Assembly (NCBI GenBank): GCA_049318005.1
Contig: JBMOHE010000002.1
Coordinates: 13,824 to 77,823, forward strand
DNA: 64,000 nt
Source of the DNA: Patescibacteria group bacterium
GTDB lineage: Bacteria; Patescibacteriota; Patescibacteriia; Patescibacteriales; UBA12465
Direction of reading: 5' to 3'
The stretch's first letter is position 1. Each line of letters begins with the position of its first letter. The position numbers were made by a program, and so were the translations under genes. Under the pieces are notes generated by a model. It saw only the letters and a program-made list of their open reading frames with translations. It was not told where the DNA came from and did not search any database. Below, piece after piece: positions 61,972 through 64,000 of the stretch.

Positions 61972-62721
61972 TTAGACATGAAAATTTAAAAAATTAGTGG
62001 TTAAATTTGACAATTCCTTGATAACCTTTTTATCCAATTTTAATTTTTTAGCCATATCAAGTTTATTATCCATAATGAAACGCATTAACTTGATACAATT
62101 ATCAGATATTGTCAATATTTCAGCCGCTGAAAATACTTGTGTCTTGCGTTCTCTCTCAAGGCAAGGCCCACAAACCAGGCCACCATTTTTTAAATTAAAA
62201 TAATTCTTACCTGGCTCAATTAAATTTCGACAGTTTAAACATTCATACATTTCCGGCTTATACCCTAACTCGGTCATTAGTTTAAGTGCAAAAAAGATAA
62301 AAAATAGTTCCCCATTCTCTTTAGTAAAATCGTCTTCAAAATACTTATCCGTAACCTCTAGCCAGCGCTTTAAAAGAAGAAATAGGCGCTCGTCGCGCTC
62401 ACCATCACGCACTAAACGACTAAACCAGCTTATTACTCTACCCGAATAATATATTTTATTTAAATTATCCTTCAAATTTAAATACGCATTCTCGCCTAGC
62501 GCACTACCTATATAATCAAACCCCTTCCCCTTGATAATTAATATGTTTACTAAACTAAATGGCTCTAAATGACCCGCTAATTTTGAGTTTATTTTTTTTG
62601 TTCCTCGTGCCACTAGAGATAATTTGCCGAATTCCTTAGTATAAACCGTAACTAAAGAATCGCTCTCGCGATAGTCGGAGCGATTCAAAATTATTGCGCT
62701 TGAAATTCTAGTCTCGTCCAT
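61972..62721 (-). CDS. recO: DNA repair protein RecO
   Basis: OB-fold N-terminus AIILNRSDYRESDSLVTVYT, zinc finger CLNC...CGPC. Confidence 0.88.
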   Translation of the reverse strand: MDETRISSAIILNRSDYRESDSLVTVYTKEFGKLSLVARGTKKINSKLAGHLEPFSLVNILIIKGKGFDYIGSALGENAYLNLKDNLNKIYYSGRVISWFSRLVRDGERDERLFLLLKRWLEVTDKYFEDDFTKENGELFFIFFALKLMTELGYKPEMYECLNCRNLIEPGKNYFNLKNGGLVCGPCLERERKTQVFSAAEILTISDNCIKLMRFIMDNKLDMAKKLKLDKKVIKELSNLTTNFLNFHV

Positions 62722-62722
62722 C

Positions 62723-63103
62723 TTAATTACTATCTAAATAGTCTTGTAAAATAATAGTCGCCGCAATTTCATCGCGCTCAGCTTTATCTTTTTTTTCTCC
62801 ACTTAAAGCATCGGCCGCTAAGCTACTGAGTCGCTCGTCTAAAAAATTTATTTTCTTGCCACTCTTTATTTCTAATTGCTCAACAAAGTTTAACCAAAGT
62901 GGGTTATTGGCCACATCGCCATTCATTTTCTTAGGACTGCCAATAACTATCTCATCAATTTCTTCTTCTTTAATTACAGCCAAAAGCTCAGTCAAGCTAC
63001 TCACCGTTTTAAAAGGCAAAGCTAAACAAGTCTCCTCGTCAGCCAAGGCAAGCCCGATTCTCTTTTCACCCCAATCAATTCCTAAATATTTTTTATCGTC
63101 CAT
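62723..63103 (-). CDS. ruvX: Holliday junction resolvase-like nuclease RuvX (YqgF)
   Basis: YLGIDWGEKRIGLALAD N-terminal motif, DERLSS block. Confidence 0.9.
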   Translation of the reverse strand: MDDKKYLGIDWGEKRIGLALADEETCLALPFKTVSSLTELLAVIKEEEIDEIVIGSPKKMNGDVANNPLWLNFVEQLEIKSGKKINFLDERLSSLAADALSGEKKDKAERDEIAATIILQDYLDSN

Positions 63104-63104
63104 A

Positions 63105-63935
63105 TTACCTAGTTAATATCTCGCATCCATGACCAGTAACGGCCACTGTATGCTCGAAATGAGCGCTCAGAGAATGATCATTGGTAACAACAGTATAGCT
63201 GTTACGCGCCATTTTAACGCGATAATCGCCGAGATTAATCATCGGCTCAATCGCTATAACCATTCCCGGTTCAAGAACTATATTTTCTTTGGCATCTTCA
63301 TTAATTTCAAAATTAAAAACATCAGGTTTTTCATGAGCAAAATATCCAACCCCGTGTCCGACTAAATCACGAACCACTCCGTAACCATATGACTCAGCAT
63401 AATCTTGGACAGCCCTCGCTAAATCATTAATTGTATTTCCTGGCTTAACTTTTTTAATTGCTCGATATAAACATTCCTCGGCAACTTGTAAAAGTTTTTT
63501 TGCGTCTTTATTTATTCTACCTGCTGGAACAGTAGTGCACATATCTGTAAAAAAACCACCGCCTTTAGAATGCTTATTAATAGGGGCTTTAAATTTTTCC
63601 CTTAAATCAGGGGTCATTGGCCATTCCATACCAATATCGAGATCAACTATATCTCCTTCTTTAATAATTCTGTTAGGAAGAGCTGCGCCGTGAACAACTT
63701 CATTATTTATTGAAACACAAACACCAGATGGAAAAAATATTCCGCCACCCATAGGATAATTTTTAAAAGCCGGGCGGCCACCAATTTCACGAACCATTTT
63801 ATCAAATAGCTCTTCAATCTTAGCCGTCTCTGCTCCCGGTTTAACTTCTTTGGCTAAGCAAGATAAAATTGCGGACAATCTTTTTCCGCCTTCTCTAATA
63901 ATTCTAATTTCTTCCGTCGATTTTATGTAAACCAT
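63105..63935 (-). CDS. map: Type I methionyl aminopeptidase
   Basis: Metal ligand blocks DIVDLDIG, GHGVG, IAIEPM, HFEHTV. Confidence 0.93.
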   Translation of the reverse strand: MVYIKSTEEIRIIREGGKRLSAILSCLAKEVKPGAETAKIEELFDKMVREIGGRPAFKNYPMGGGIFFPSGVCVSINNEVVHGAALPNRIIKEGDIVDLDIGMEWPMTPDLREKFKAPINKHSKGGGFFTDMCTTVPAGRINKDAKKLLQVAEECLYRAIKKVKPGNTINDLARAVQDYAESYGYGVVRDLVGHGVGYFAHEKPDVFNFEINEDAKENIVLEPGMVIAIEPMINLGDYRVKMARNSYTVVTNDHSLSAHFEHTVAVTGHGCEILTR

Positions 63936-63942
63936 ATTTACT

Positions 63943-64000
63943 TTAAGATATAAATGTTTCTAACAGATCTTTTAAATCATCCAAATCAGTTCGGCTAAGG
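63943..64000 (-). CDS. Partial CDS (C-terminal 18 codons; gene starts beyond the window end)
   Basis: Minus frame reads ...LSRTDLDDLKDLLETFIS* with stop at 63943-63945, 7 nt before the map ATG; identity not determinable (adk would be the usual neighbour). Confidence 0.35.
   Translation of the reverse strand, partial: LSRTDLDDLKDLLETFIS

Noticed and set aside
613-63365. Numerous 60-110-aa antisense or off-frame ORFs nested in long genes (e.g. 613-828, 4926-5144, 9061-9327, 14049-14249, 19396-19632, 20524-20742, 21011-21238, 22037-22246, 23100-23312, 23680-23862, 24814-25059, 25466-25732, 25978-26202, 27406-27681, 33634-33861, 39876-40058, 40579-40779, 44324-47380 set, 48608-48802, 50364-50693, 51894-52639, 53008-53223, 54391-54603, 55467-55745, 56762-57091, 57479-57670, 58256-58468, 60351-60542, 61997-62203, 62856-63365)
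   Set aside because: Each is fully overlapped by a longer ORF with clear family motifs. Low-complexity, AT-rich-codon translations like these are typical of chance ORFs in an AT-rich genome.

Overview
AT-rich, gene-dense bacterial window, mostly coded on the minus strand. The small housekeeping proteins, C-terminally truncated pyruvate kinase, Lys-rich sigma-70 N-terminus and giant repeat-rich surface protein suggest a reduced CPR/Patescibacteria-like genome; this is inference, with no search run. Housekeeping blocks: alkD-like/rlmH/TPM/LemA; pyk-eno; ackA; nrdAB; a MacAB/YknXYZ-like efflux operon; dnaG-rpoD; scpAB; aspS-asnS; recO-ruvX-map. No rRNA genes or CRISPR arrays were seen.

Main findings:
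1. A tRNA-Asn(GUU) gene (50015-50655, minus) is split in its anticodon loop by a ~566-nt group I intron. The P2-P9 core is recognisable, and an HNH endonuclease ORF sits in the P1 loop.
2. An exopolysaccharide module (25985-30898) combines galU, a PilZ-less BcsA-like processive GT2 synthase and a convergent BcsG-like phosphoethanolamine-transferase homologue. No bcsB, bcsC, bcsE or bcsF is visible.
3. A variable surface-protein locus lies next to the tRNA. It holds a 2116-aa secreted protein with near-identical internal DNA repeats, a 5'-truncated paralogue abutting the tRNA, and a ~70-nt 3'-flank element present three times.
4. A long leader upstream of an MFS transporter carries mini-ORFs and mutually exclusive hairpins.
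5. An autoregulated lexA-like/dinB cassette has an SOS box in its promoter spacer.
6. Candidate tandem NrdR boxes overlap the nrdAB promoter.
7. Several unexplained RNA-like structures remain, including a 119-nt extended hairpin and GC-rich mini-hairpins just upstream of start codons.

All calls come from reading the sequence and the ORF track. No database search, covariance model or folding program was run.
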